Of a DNA stretch of 64,000 bases, positions 12,256 through 26,300 are shown in pieces; the stretch's first letter is position 1, and each line of letters begins with the position of its first letter. The stretch is from Sphagnum compactum (lineage: Eukaryota): positions 11,222,001 to 11,286,000 of the forward strand of contig OZ234494.1 in NCBI GenBank assembly GCA_965153455.1, read 5' to 3'. The notes beneath the pieces were generated by a model, which searched no databases, was not told where the DNA came from, and was given only the letters and a program-made list of their open reading frames with translations. The position numbers and the translations under genes are program-made.

Positions 12256-15200
12256 CTAGTCAGAATCTGAAGAGCCCTCATCTCCTCTCCTCTCTCCATA
12301 AGCACTGACCAAGTCACCAAGACTCTCACCCAAGTCATGGGCCTCCTCCTTAGCAAATCCCCACTCTTCCAATATGTGGCTGCCCACTGATGACCTTGAG
12401 ACTCCCAAGTTGCGGAAGTTGGTTGACCTCTCCTTCACATATGGTAGCATGGACTCACCAGTGCTAACTCTTGCTGCAACTGATGAGGATACAATGTCTA
12501 AGCCACCCCTTCCAGCAGTTTGTGACACGTTGTCAGGCAGTATATCTCCCCTCCGTCCCACATTGGGACCAAATATCATCGGAAATGGTAATGGGACTGA
12601 AAGTGGAATAGGAGAGATTGCCAAATGGGTCAATGACAATGCTCCTCTCCTTACACTTCTCTGACTGCTATTCATGCATTCAAGCACCTGAGATACTGAA
12701 GCTGTGCCCCTTGCATCTGTCACCATGGAATTTTGATTTTCACTCATCAATGATGAATCTAAATCTTGATCAACTAGGGTTACTCTTGGAGGAAACAAGT
12801 GTCTCAGTCTTGGTCTACATACTGAGACACTGGGAAGAAATGGAATGAGAATAGGTTAAAACTCTAAGGGAGTGAGTGACTCCTCACAAGAAGCCCCTAT
12901 CCCCTTTGGTGGGATGGGAACCTCAAGATGAAAGGATGAAGTTGGAATTTGCACAATGACCTTGAAACTTCAAAGGCAATCCATTGTCCCCAATTTCCAT
13001 GTGTTCAGCAGTCTCCATTGCAGAGAACTGCTACGAAAATAAAATCAGAACACCACCCATATAGCACATTCAAGCAGGAAGAAAAAGAGATCTCATTGGA
13101 AGAATAAAAGATCTACAAACCTGCAAGCCGAGAACCTTGGAGAACCAGAGCTTCTGCTGCTTCAGTTTCATCAATTGAATAATCCACACCTGGGGTCAAA
13201 GATGCCAGTCCTTTCAGGTCAATGCCATGGCTGCTGCTGCTCCCTGCAGCTGCGGCCAAACCACTCAAACCAGTCAGCAGCTTGCACTAACTCTCAACCT
13301 GATGAGCTTGGCTCTGAAACAAATTGCATGCGGGTTTCAAGGACTTGTCGAGAGTCTCTCCATCCTGAAGTACTGCCATACACTGCCTAAACCCTAAAAA
13401 CCTGAAGAGGCTCTACTTTTTTGGACACATGGGGTCACCTGGCACAAATGCTCCTGGCAATGCAGCCTCCATCATTGCAACTCTCCTTTGTTGTGAGCGG
13501 GAAACAAGTTGAACCAAGCTACTCAGATCAGTACTCCCAATCCCTCTTGACCAAGAGCTGGAAGTGGTGGGCCCAGATGGTTCCATCCTGAAAGGAAGGG
13601 AGATTGTATTCACTGCAGCTGCATAGACTGCGCTGGAGTGGAAAAGCTTTGAGTCATTCAAGCATAAATGCATTGCAACCCGGCCTGCAAACAAAGATAA
13701 TGTTTAGGAAGACAACAACCAGCTTAGTGCTGCAAGATCATCATTGAGCCAATAGCCCAATATGAAGAAAGTGAAGCTCAAATTTGTGATAGAAGCTTTA
13801 CTTGAGGCAAGATTCTGAAGGCCAAGAGGAACAAAAAGATTGGCCAAAGAGGAGAGTCGTGCAAGAGAAACAGCATCATGGAGCCCTGAAATCACTGATG
13901 CTCGGTGGTTTGGAACTGCTGGAACCATCCAGGGAGGGCGTAACGAAAATAGCAAACAGCAGCTTCGCCCATATTCCTCTCTGACTTCTTCCAGAACATC
14001 AGATGCCACTGCAGCAAACCCACCTGATGTGTCGACTAAAAACTGGAAACCCTGCATGAAGAAATACCAAACTTCAAGTATAACAAGACGAGATGATACA
14101 TGGGTCCCACTGGCTTCAATATATGAACATGCTGTGCTGCTTTTGGCACTCCATCAAGAGTACATGTATATGAGGAAAATCAAGAGTTTGCAGGAGAACT
14201 CTGGAAACATGGGTCTTGAAAGCCTTTACAACATGGGTTGAAGTTTGCTCCCTAACTTCATTTTGTCTGCATATTAGCAAGATCTTAGAAAATCTGTACC
14301 TGTAGTTGGTCACACTCTTCAACAAAGAAGCGTAAGCGATCCTGGACTTCATCTCGTTGCTCCTGTTGTGTCAGCAATCCTTGACCACTGCCGTAATGAT
14401 CAAAAGGGGTGACTCCATTCCACACACTTTGGAGCTCATACACACTTTGTGGGTGCAAATGTGCCTTTTGGTAGTCAGTCCAGTAGAGAACAGTATCATC
14501 CAAGGCTTGCAATCGAGCCCTTTCGGTGTCAGTCTCCTGCATCAAGATGTCACCATTTGTATGATACCCATTCCCTGACATGCTCGCTTGATTCTGACTC
14601 CCAGCATCCCAGCTCTCTTCCTCTTCATCTAGGCTCTGTAGGAACTCATTCTTTTTGTAGGGCTCTGCCTTGTGCATTGCTGCTGTACCAGACCTACACA
14701 AAACCTCAGTGGCAATACATTATTAGGGCACAATGTTCATAGAAAACGCTGAGAGAGAGACAGACAGAGAACAACTTACCATGTTGTTATAGAGGATGGG
14801 TCTGGCTGGACTGGGGCCTCATACAAGGACCCCACAGCTCGCACTGCACCCAAGCTCTCTGAACCCCAAAAGCATCAAATATTACAAAGAGCATACAATG
14901 TGATCCAGCATGTGCATATGAAGCCCAAACCTGTAATTGTGTTCTCTATGGAAAACAAAAGCATGGACTGGAGAATGTGGAGCAACAAGATAATTGATGA
15001 GAGCACAAGTAAGGTGCATTTGAGAGTTACCCCGTGCATCAAATGCAAGCAATCGAGGGGTGTATGTTGGGACCCCCTGCAAATTTACGAATGGGCAAGG
15101 ATCAGTGAGCAACAGCAAAGGTGAGTACTTGCAAACAAACACAAATAGAGATTTTGTTTCAGATGCAAACATAGAATTTCACTGAAAGCTTGTTCCAATG

Positions 15201-16372
15201 ATGGTTTGCTCCCTTGTTATTATTGAATGCCATCTGATTGTTGTCGCATACTACAAAGCTGTATGAACTCTCCGTCGCATAACAAGAAGCCTCACCAAAC
15301 GCAGCAAGTTTTTGGAAACTGGTGATAAACCCTAAACCCCTACTATGCAAGTTGAATCATCAGCTATCAAATCCCCAACTCTTTGCATGTGTATTCCAGC
15401 ATTTCACACCAAGCCCAGTTGAAAAGTGGATTTCAGATAGTAAGCACATCTTAAGAGCTACTCTTACAAACATGCTATCAAAAAACCAAAACTTGCTTGA
15501 CAAATTTTCCTGATGCCCTTACATTACAATATTTGCATGCTCCTAACCATCTCAAGTATATTCATGTGAGCTTTTCTTCACTTCCTGCAATTTCTTTCCA
15601 CTTAGGGGACAAAAGAGAGAGCAGGAGAGAACCTGTCGAGTTTCACCAACTCTGTACAGAACATCCATGTCCACTCCTGTGTTGGATTGCCATTCTTCCT
15701 CGCCTTGACCTGAGATTCCAAGAGCCTCATCCTGACAAAATTGATGGAGACCTTATCAAACATGAGCACTTCTCTTCTTGAGGACAAAATTCTTTGAAAC
15801 TCGAGATCCACAAAATTCACATTACAGTTTGCAGCTAGAGGAATGATTGGAAACTCTCAAGACCCACAAAGTTCACAATTAGGGTTTGCAGCTGGAGGAA
15901 TGCCTGGAAACGCAAGACCCACAAAGTTCACAATTAGGGTTTTCTGCTGGAGGCTTGTTACATCAAGAAAAAGCTGTGTCTGATGGATCTGCGGCAATGG
16001 GTGGTGAAGACATGAGATTTTTGTGCATTTGAAACCATGGTGGCGTCGTCTTACTCATAAATTTTCAATTTTCTTTTTGGGATGCTTGAACAGAAATCCC
16101 TCTGGAGGAGGATTTCATACACACCCATAGATACACTTGAAATCTCTCTCTATGCATGTCGACAAAAATCGGAACGATTTGCTGTACATCTTCGTTGCTT
16201 GCTCATTTCATTCCTTCTAACAAAAGAGCAGGAGCAACAAAAAACCAGGCACTGTCTGATGACCCACAAAAAAGAAAACATGCAAAGACAAAACTTGTAC
16301 CTGAAAGTTCCAGAAATGAGCGCCAACAAAGTTGGCATAGTTGCCAACTTGAACTTGCACAATCTCCCTCAT
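12256..16372 (-). CDS. MSTO1: Misato/DML1 tubulin-like protein (MSTO1 homolog), about 9 exons
   Basis: Exon 1 (16372-16301) encodes MREIVQVQVGNYANFVGAHFWNFQ, the Misato segment II tubulin-like N-terminus. Exon 2 (15731-15633) ends DMDVLYRVGETRQ. Exon 3 (15076-15031) is GVPTYTPRLLAFDARG. Later exons give YWTDYQKAHLHPQS, DRLRFFVEECDQLQ|GFQFLVDTSGGF, FHSSAVYAAA and PLPFPMIF; stop at 12256. The last-exon acceptor (12716 or 12821) is uncertain. Confidence 0.92.
15808..15952. repeat. About 56-bp tandem repeat, about 3 copies, in Misato intron 1
   Basis: Repeated CCACAAAGTTCACAATTAGGGTTTGCAGCTGGAGGAATG. Confidence 0.8.
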
Positions 16373-16649
16373 CGCTCTGCCTTTTTCTTCAATTCTTCAC
16401 GTCTCGTCGAAACTCAAAGAGAATCCGCAAATGCAGAAGAGAAATCTCTGTCTCTGTCTCTGTCTTCCTGCAAACACTTTCTGGCTGGTTTCATGGATGA
16501 ATCGAGATGCAATTCTATAGTGAACAACCAACTGCAACATCAACCTGAGCTTCAAGATTCTTCAACAGGAATTTTGCTTTCCAAAATCTCCACGCCGGGA
16601 TCAAAATGGGAAGCCCGGAGCTGAAAACTGATCAGTTGGGCAGCACTTA

Positions 16650-17955
16650 AAAGGATTAATGTTTTGGAAGGGATTAGGGTTTTGGAATGCATGGATTAAA
16701 CACGGGGTTTAAGAATTAGGGTTTTGAAATGCATGGATTAACATGGGATTAGGATTTAGAGTTTTGGAAGTGATTAGCATTTTGGGAGGCGTGGATTAAT
16801 ATATGTGATTAAGGATTAAGGTTTTGGAAAGCATGGATTAACACAAGGATTAAGAATTAGGGTTTTGAAAAGCATGGATTAACATGGGATTAGGATTTAG
16901 AGTTTTGGAAGGGATTAGCATTTTGGGAGGCATGGATTAAAATATGTGATTAAGGATTAAGGTTTTGGAAAGCATGGATTGACATGGAAAATGTGGATTA
17001 ATATCAAATTAGCAAGGGAAGCTTGGGATTAACATAGGCTTGATACTTTACCCTAGGGTTGGTTTTGTCATTAAATAATTCTTAAAATAGTGAAATGAAT
17101 TTTCATGGAAATATGAAGTTCACGTGTTGAAAACCATCACAATTATCACAAGTTACAATTTGAATAATTTCATTCTTTAATACGAGGATATCATAGTCGA
17201 TCATGAAATAATAATAATTTCAATTTTTTATTTTTGAAAAAATATATTCGTTTTGTGCATGTGAAAATTGACTTTAAGCTAGGATATGAGAAGTGTGGAA
17301 TTGCAAAGATTGATTGATTAGTGGGGAAACATGTATATAATTGGGGATCTAATGAGCATGGATTAACATGGGTTAACATGAAAAACATGGATTAATATAG
17401 GATTAGCTTAGAAAGCATCTATGGGATTAGGGTTATGTGAAACACGGATTAACATAAATTAATGTAATAAAGGATGGATTTGATGTGAGATTAGCATCAA
17501 GTTGCACAAATAGATTACTATGAAAAAAACATGTTAAGGCAATAGTACCATATGAAAGCATGGATTGATTAACATGGAGTTGCAAAGATTTATTAGTGTG
17601 AAAAAAACATGCTAAGGAAATAGTACCATGGGAAAGCATGGATTAATTAACATGGAGTTGCAAAGATTGATTAGTGGAGAAGAAACGTGTTAAGAAGTTA
17701 ATAACATGGGAAGAATGGATTAGCTAGCATGGGAAGAATGTATTGACATGGGAAGCATGGCGTTACAACTATTGATTAGTAAGGAAAACATGAGTAATGG
17801 ATGAACATGGGAAGCATCAATTATATGGGATTGATGTAGAGGCATGGAGTCGTGAGGATTGATGTGACATTCATTAGTTGGGTAAGCATGTAACAGATCA
17901 TTAACATGGGAAGCATGATGAATGCCATCATGGAAGCTTGGATTAAACCATGGAG
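16650..17955. repeat. Degenerate satellite-like array (CATGGATTAA / GGATTAGGGTTTTGGAA / CATGGGAAGCATG), including a 141-bp duplication at about 16711 and 16852
   Basis: These short motifs recur densely at 16650-17040 and 17350-17955. Confidence 0.8.
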
Positions 17956-20900
17956 TTTGCATAACATTAATCCCATAGCCAAATTAAGCTTAGTGAATCT
18001 TGGGAACTTGTAACTTTGCAAAGGTTTATTTATGGAGTTCAATTCATTATTGGAGCATTAAAAATTAATAATAATATTTTTTTCCTTGCGGCCTTTTGTT
18101 ATCATGGTGAACTACACCCACATCTTATAAGCTACACATTTTGTGTAAAATAAGGTTTTCATGAACCAGTCATCAAAAGGCATGCACTTATGAGGTGGTC
18201 TTGGTTATCTAGAATGCATGATTATGGAGTGGCATGCCATGCACACATTACCATAAATTTTTCCCTAACCCAAATTGGCTCAACTCAAAATGGAGCATTC
18301 TTACTAATTGAAAACTTAAAATTGTATTCATTAATTTCATGTGAAAGATAAGGCCCAAAAGACCACAAATGAAATGTTCTTTTGGTGCCAAACTTTAAGT
18401 TGGTTTATGAAAAATGAATTGCCACAAAATGGAAAACCAACTATTTAAGCTTAGTCCAAGAGTTAAATCATTTTCTTTTAGTTTCATAGGGATTTTATAT
18501 TTTTTCAATCTCAATTGTTTGTTGGAAATGATTGTTAAATATGACATGTAGAAGGAATACCCCATCACATCATAGTCCATGTTACTTACAATATCCAACC
18601 TTTAGATATAATTTGGGCTCATCAAGCAAATTGATAGGCACCAAAGAATTATAAGGGAATAATAAGTACTTGTCACCCAAAAAATGTAGATACCTAAAAC
18701 TTAAATCTTGAAGGGAAGATTGAATGGAAAGTTGTTTTAGTGATGCAAGAATCTACACTTTTGAAAAGAGGTTTTAATCTTATAGGGGAAAGGGCATTCA
18801 ATCAAACTTGATTATTAACAAATCTCTATCTAGAATGACATCTCTTAACCAACCTCAAATGTAGGTCACTAAACATATATTAAAATTTTGTAATTAATAA
18901 TAAGAATTGGATAGTTCAGTCAATTCTTGTCATTCATGTGTGTTCAATTTTATCCATATTAAATTACTCATCCATCATCATCCACATTTCATCCAATGAA
19001 TGAATTTCATCTTTTTTAAAAAAATCCTCATCCGTAATAGGTATTTTAAAAGGTGTTCATTATCCATGTTTTATCCATATTGAATTTCCTTGGATAATGG
19101 ACCATATGGATGGTTAACCCATCCATGAGTGGTACCACTAAGAACCAACTCAAGGAATGCTTAAGAACATTTCCACTGCAAAACTGTAAACAATTCTTTT
19201 ATGTTAAAATAAAATAGTGTTTAATGATCACTATCCCCACTCACAAACATCATAAAAGTCCCTTTAAACATTCAAAGACCATTTATGTTTTTACATATGG
19301 ACATTGTCCAAATCCATAATAGAAAAAAGATTTTGAAAGGGTTAAGATGACCATTGCAAAATTGCCATCAATAAAGGAGCACCACAAGGTTTACGCTATC
19401 TTGTTGCAAGATTTAATGAAAAGGGGTGTTTCCAAGCACGCGGTGGAAATGTTCTAAGGAACCAAAAACAGTCAAATCATTTTCCTAGGCCTTTTACTTT
19501 AAATGTTTTCAACAACTATAATCATTTTTTCTCACATTTGTCAATTGCATGCACTAATATATGGTTTGAATTTTATTTTGGAATGTTAAAAATTAAAAAT
19601 TGTTAAAAATTTATATTCCTAATTAAAGTGACCCTTCAAAAATTGATAGTATTAACTTTGAAAATTCATAACTAGATTATACTTACTCAATTAATTGCTT
19701 AATAAAAACATAAAAATAGAATGACTTCCAAATTACCTTAGGAAAAAAATTCTCAAGAAAATTCTCAAATCATATTTCAAATTTGTGTTATTGACCAAAA
19801 AGTTCAAGGAAAGGAACCAACACTACATTCCTAAAACTTTTTTTAAAATGCAATGATTAGGAACATCAAAATACACAATATTCTTGATATTATTGAAATT
19901 TCAAAATTTATGAAACTTAATAAATTTACTCATAAGAAAAAAATTATGAAAACATTTATTTAAGTGTTTCCTATGATCTTTCAAAACTTGATGGGTTTAA
20001 AAAAATCAAGTTGTGACATTCCTAATGGTACCACCCAAGCATGGGCTTGCCTTGGAAGCTTCCATAAATAGGTCCCACAACAAGTATAAATAAGAAGTGT
20101 GTCCCTGCCCCCGACTTTTAATATGTTCAATATGAATATAAAATAAAATCTTATATTATAACATTTTAAAAAAATAAAATGGTTATAATTTTTTCATGTT
20201 ATGAATAATATTTTGTTTAAACAATTGAACACACATGGGATTTTACAAATTAATTATTCACAACATTACCATTTGTTTTTTGATATTGGTTACCATGGAA
20301 GTTGGATGGGTATATGATAATATAATTTACATTGGAGGAAGTCATTATTGTGCACTGCCATATCAACACTCACAACTACCATTGTCCCCACGACATAATC
20401 AAATAATATAAAAAATCATAAATAGTGCATCTCCTTCAAATCAAAATATGATTCAATTGTAAACAACAAAAATCCAAGCCCAAAACACAAAAAGAAAAAC
20501 TAAACACCAATCCTATGCAAAAGCAAAACATTTCTTAAACACAAAAAAACTTATAAGAAATAACGTTGTCTGATAAATGATTTGAGAACACACAAGTTGG
20601 AATTAAATTTCACAAATGAAATCACTCAAACCCCATTCACACTTGAACCAATTTTGAGTTAAAACACAATCAATTACTCTAACCAATTTAACACTAGCCT
20701 AATTAGGACTTAACTATAGAGTTAAACTAACATTCTCAACATCACTATTTATATATTTTATGAAACACATAAGAAAAAAAAAAAATCTTTTATACACCAT
20801 GAAATAATAGAATATTTTAAATACATTTTTATTAGCCAATTTTAAGCACCTTATTTACATTTAAGTATATTATTAAATTATTACTTTTCAATAAGTTGCA

Positions 20901-23350
20901 CCCTATATTTTTTGCATGTCATTTGAAAAAAGTAAAAATAACTTTCCCTTGAATGTAAAAATGGCAAATATCAACCCAAATATCAACTCCAAATTTGATG
21001 GGTTGTGTAGTCTTCAAAAACTAATCAAAATTAATCATCGAACCATTGATAACTTGTATGTACAAATATATTCAAGTGGAATTTAACATCATCCATAATT
21101 TAAAAATTAGATACATTATTTATTGCACATGTAACCATCAAATGTTGGTTTTTTAAATCAACATTTGTTTCAACTACTAAAAATTATTTATGGGTCAATA
21201 ATGCACTTGTAATCATGTCACTTGGCCTTGTGAACAACTTGGATGATGGTAAAATGACCATATAAAGGAAGATTGGTTGTGTATTATACATGAAGCTTAA
21301 CATTTGAGCACATTTGAGCATGTTAATATGCATAGAATCATAAATTGGCGACCATTGTACCATTTGGTCCAACCAAGGGAAAGTTACATTGTGTGGCAAG
21401 TAACTAAGGACAACAATATGAATTGCAATGCATAAAAAATTGCAATGGCATTTAAAGTTCTCACTTACAAGCTACATTTCATTGCAATGGGAAAAAAGAA
21501 ATGAAATTACATGGATTTAATGCTTTTGGATTCTATGGGAATTTTAATTAAAAGGTTAAAGGGTTTTTAATCTTTTCTTTTCTTAAACAATGACATGAAA
21601 AAAATTCAATATAAACATTATCAATATTCTTGAAGTCTGTCTAACAACTCAACTTTAATTTTATTTTTTTCAAATTCCTATTTTGTTTCATGTTTAACTT
21701 TTATAATTTCTATAGTTGTGTGCAATAGATGCTTATAGCACAAGTGGTTATAACCAAATGTCAATGCCTTGGCCATGCATCATCAAATATGAAATGCCAC
21801 AAAAGGATACAATTGTTATGTAAATATAACAATTTCACCAATGTTATGCAAATATATCTCTTACATAGTTATACCCATCAACATATATAGATATGGCATA
21901 TTATATCTTAAATTATTTCCTTCAACAACAACATAATTTAATGAAGTTCAACTCAAGGATATGTAAATTTGAAAAAGTATAGACTTGTCATAACCATGCA
22001 TATAAAAAAGAAATACTTGTACCCAAAACTATATATGTTTTGGCATCTAGGAAAAAATAACTAAGATAAATATGATGTAAATCTTAAATTTTGTTAGTTC
22101 TATTAAATTAAATGGGATCTCTCTTTTTCTTTTGCTTTTTTTCTTTTTTTAATAATTAACCAATTTGATTAGCCCATCACAAGAAAAACAAAAACAAAAA
22201 ACTTTGCAAGTTCTTCAAAATATAAGTTTCTATGTTAAGATGTAATGTTTCCCTTTTGGTTGAGAACTTTGGGCAAACCATGTGAGATAAATTTTAAGAT
22301 GGTTACATGTGTGGTAAAAGTACATGTTAAAAATGATAGTTGTGTGGGCAAGGATATATTTCAAATGGAAGAAAACTTATATTTTGGAAGGCCATAACTT
22401 TCACATCACTAATGGAATTAAATGATTCAAAATTTTATTAGAGTGCCCAAAAATGAATTTACAAATTAATTATTTTTAGACCCCATCACTAACTAAACAT
22501 TGGCCATGATGCCATTGTCTTCCAATACATTAAGTGTTCACTTTGGAAGCATGTTTATTTTAATCAATGATGAACCAAACATTTTGATTCTTGCATTTTG
22601 ACATTAGATGTATGATGAACATTGTTTTAAATTTTCTAAAATGTGGGCATGAATCCAAACCCACTTGATCCAAACCCACTGGCAGCTGGATACATGATAC
22701 AATCAGCTTCGTCACAGAGTCATTAGTTAACACAGTTGGAACAGGTCTGAGATGACAATCAGACTCTGTCAAAGCGCCTCTAGAGCTTCTCCCACCATGG
22801 CTTCCAACATGAAAGCAAACTTAGAGCTTCAGGCGCACGTAACAGATATTTTCCAGAGGCCGACATTTCACTGACGACGCCACTGGATGCACAATGATCA
22901 AAATGGGTTGCTACTCCATTGAACAGCAAGAGCCAAGATTGAATGCATTTAACCACGTAAAACTCATCACATACATTACAACTCCTGAAAGTATATCCTA
23001 GTCCTGCAACCTACTTCAGCTCAAACAGATATTCTCCTAATAAGTGGCAGGAAGCTACAAGTATCAACAGAGAAAGCAAATAAATCTAAGGAATATTAGC
23101 TGTTACCTGGCCCATGCTCTTTCAACTAGGTCTACAGTCTACAGCTCATCGAGACATTGCATACCAAGAGGTAACTTGCTCTCTGACGTATGACTACACT
23201 ACCAGAAACGAACAGCTTGCAGAGCATTCATGAAGGTGCAAATGCTATGTCCTGAAAAAAAAAGGAGGAAAAATTTCTATGATACGTTTCCAGCAAAGAA
23301 TCTGAAAAGGCAAACATGGGGTGGGCACAAAATATGCAACTATCGTTTGC

Positions 23351-26300
23351 CTACTGTACAATTTGCTGGGAACGGAACATTTCCCACTGTTGTAGAACAG
23401 CAGCTTGCAATGCACGGTGCTCCATATCTTCAGCCGAAGGCAACACGAGAGTACTTGCCTTCTTTTTTGGTGTTGTTTCAAGGCCAGGTAGTAAGCTGTC
23501 ATCTTCAGGTTCTGGTTCAGGTTCTGGTTCTGGTTCTTTTGGCTTCGCCCGGATTATGGCAAGTAGCTCCATTGACCTCCGTAGCTTCTCAGCAGCATTA
23601 GCCTGTATAAAGGTGAAGGCAACTTGGTCAAATGCTATGGGTTTCAGCTCCCCGAACAGCCAAGCCTTCCTAGGCAGGCCACGTAATCTCAAAAAACTCT
23701 GAGCACATAAGAGTTCTCAGTCGATCACCAACACCCATATATATGGCTTGAGTATATGTTCCACAGGGCAAGGGACACTGAGAAGCCTTTCCTGGTGCCA
23801 CCCAGGGTAGTTCCTCCTTTGAAGGTGGGTACAATGTGGCTTTGTGACACTGTTATCTTGGGAGGTCATGCATCCCAAGACTATTTTTAGCATTAAGAGC
23901 TTGACTCAGTAAGTCCACTCTAGCTAGGCCACACACAAACACATGCACAACTACTTAGACCATTGGCGAATTCTTGAAGTGGAGAAGAGAGAATGAAAGC
24001 ACAGACCTGCACTTCCTCTTCTGAGACCTCTCGCACAGCACCTTCAGTCAAGTCATCCAGCCAACTTTGGAGGTCTGAAGTAACTTCATCAGTGATGGAA
24101 GCAGCTGAAGCTCGCAGCACGAATCTACACACCATAGTCTTGGTTTCATCGCCTAAGTCTACATTCCCACTCATCTCACTTGCTCCAAAAATCATGAGAC
24201 CCACAAAGTCACCATACCATGTTTTGGCTGCATAGCATATCTGCACCCACGACCCAGATAATGGTCAAAGAATTCCTGACCTTGTAGATGTGTGTAGAGA
24301 CAATAAACAACACCAAGTACATTTCTCCATAGGAGTTCACTCAATGGCAGATTGAAAATTGACAGTAGTTTACTGCATTCTTACAGCTGGGTTGTAACGA
24401 AATAAAAGAACTAATCCTAACATCAAAGCCCTCATTGGTGAAGAATTTCACAGGATGCCTTTGATCCACCACATGGTTGGGTTTTGTACTGCAAAAATGT
24501 ACCTGAAACCCAGCAACCGTCTCTAATATGTGGGAACACACTCTATGGAAAGGCTTTGAGGATAGAGCTCTGATTCCTCCAAGGAGAGATAGAATGGCAG
24601 GTTCCCCCATGACTCCAGCTGTATTTGTCATTGTTTTAGGGCCTCCACTCTCATATGCATATGCACCCGTAAACTCTGCGATAGCAGGTAAGCTTGGCCA
24701 AAGCCGGAAGAACTCCACAGGGGAAACAGCATGTGGAAGGAGGAGCTCAATGAGAGGAATCCGGTATGGTTGGCACCGAAGTACCACTGGTTCTCCATGT
24801 TCAGGTGTGTAACTTTTCCTGAGTCGGCTCCCATGAGCCCCATCCTCTTCTGCAATCTCTCCCTCATCTCCATTGGCCATGCCCACACCTCCAAAGAAAG
24901 GGTAGTAGAGGAGTTGCACGCGCAGAGAGCATCGCTCAAACCTTGAGACTCCCACTGTGACACTGCACAGCACAGGATCCTGCAAAACCCAAAGAAAGGT
25001 CAAATGCATGGTTTGGTTTCAAATGCCAATGTGCACAAGTTAGCCAGAAAACATCTCCTGCAGAACCACAGCAACTCTTTGGTCAGAAATAACTGAAGCA
25101 TGTTTGCACTCCATGCTGCCAGTAGCCCATGATGTGGAATCTAGTGTTGTTTCACAACTGAAACAACTCTAGATAATCACTAACCTGAGAGTTCAGCTGT
25201 TGGAGTTGACATACACCTTGAGGAGACCCATCCATAAAACGAAGGGCACCGATCAACCCAACTCGCACATCCACACGCTTGAGCTCTTGTTCAGTCATGT
25301 TGAGCACCTGGGAGTCATGAGAATGAACATTGCAAAAAATATTATTCTTCAAAGTATATTTATGTGTTAGGTACATAAATACCTGTATCCTCTGGAAAAC
25401 TGCAGATGAAGAGAAAACTAAGAAAATAAACTGAAAAAGTCTCCAAGGGGCATGGCCTTTTCAGATGGCCAAACCAATCCTGTTGGTAGTACAGTACCCA
25501 ATACCTGCATCCTTCTACAACACCACTGGAAAACTGAATTTCAAATGCAAAGGAATCTGTGCCAAGCAGGAAGCCAAACTGAGGCTTTAATGCACAGGCA
25601 TTCCAAGTAAAGTCACAAGCTGTCCAAGACAAAATATCAATGGCTGGCCTTCAGAAGAATCCTGTCTGCCGAGGCAGTTGCACACAATGATGCATCACCC
25701 TTGGGCCAGAACATACTCTCTGGGTCCAATCCATGTCTAGTTCCAGCTTTATCCATGAGACTAAGAAGGGAACCCCTATCCACTTCCATACCTTCAAATG
25801 CAAGGTAAGCCTTCGCTCATTAGGATCTGTCAAATGGTAGGCCTCCACATAGCAGGGATCACTGCTTCCTGACAATGTCTGTGCACTAGGTGGAGGCTTC
25901 AAAAGTGTAAACCCGGCACCACCTTTAGACGTAACAAGACTTAGCTCACTTGGGGTTGGCCGCCAAAGCTCCTGCACAGCATTGTGGACAAGATCTTCCA
26001 ATTTCCGGTCCTGTGCAGCCGAAGCATCAAAATATTGGACAGATAGCTTGTGGTGGGTAAAAGGATAATCCCCAGTTGCACCTGCATTCCCTACCCATCT
26101 TCACAAGCCACAATCTTGCCAAGTTAATTGCTTTGCTTCTTCAGGTTCCCATCCAGAATTCCTCATTCCTTTCTCAAATTGTATTAGTTTCCCCAAAACA
26201 AAAGTGAGACTAAGAACTGACATAAAAACATCATTTCCATCTTCAACATCTCAAATGATTGATCTTACTTGGATTCAGGGTGCTTGGCAATATATTTGAA

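Noticed and set aside
12799..12830. 10-bp perfect hairpin covering a possible Misato last-exon acceptor
   Set aside because: An in-phase acceptor at 12716/12717 fits the remembered homolog alignment better, so the hairpin is probably just intronic.
13365..13438. Telomere repeat TTTAGGGTTTAG acting as a Misato 3' splice site of a 52-nt intron
   Set aside because: That acceptor leads to in-frame stops; the open frame starts at the acceptor near 13250.
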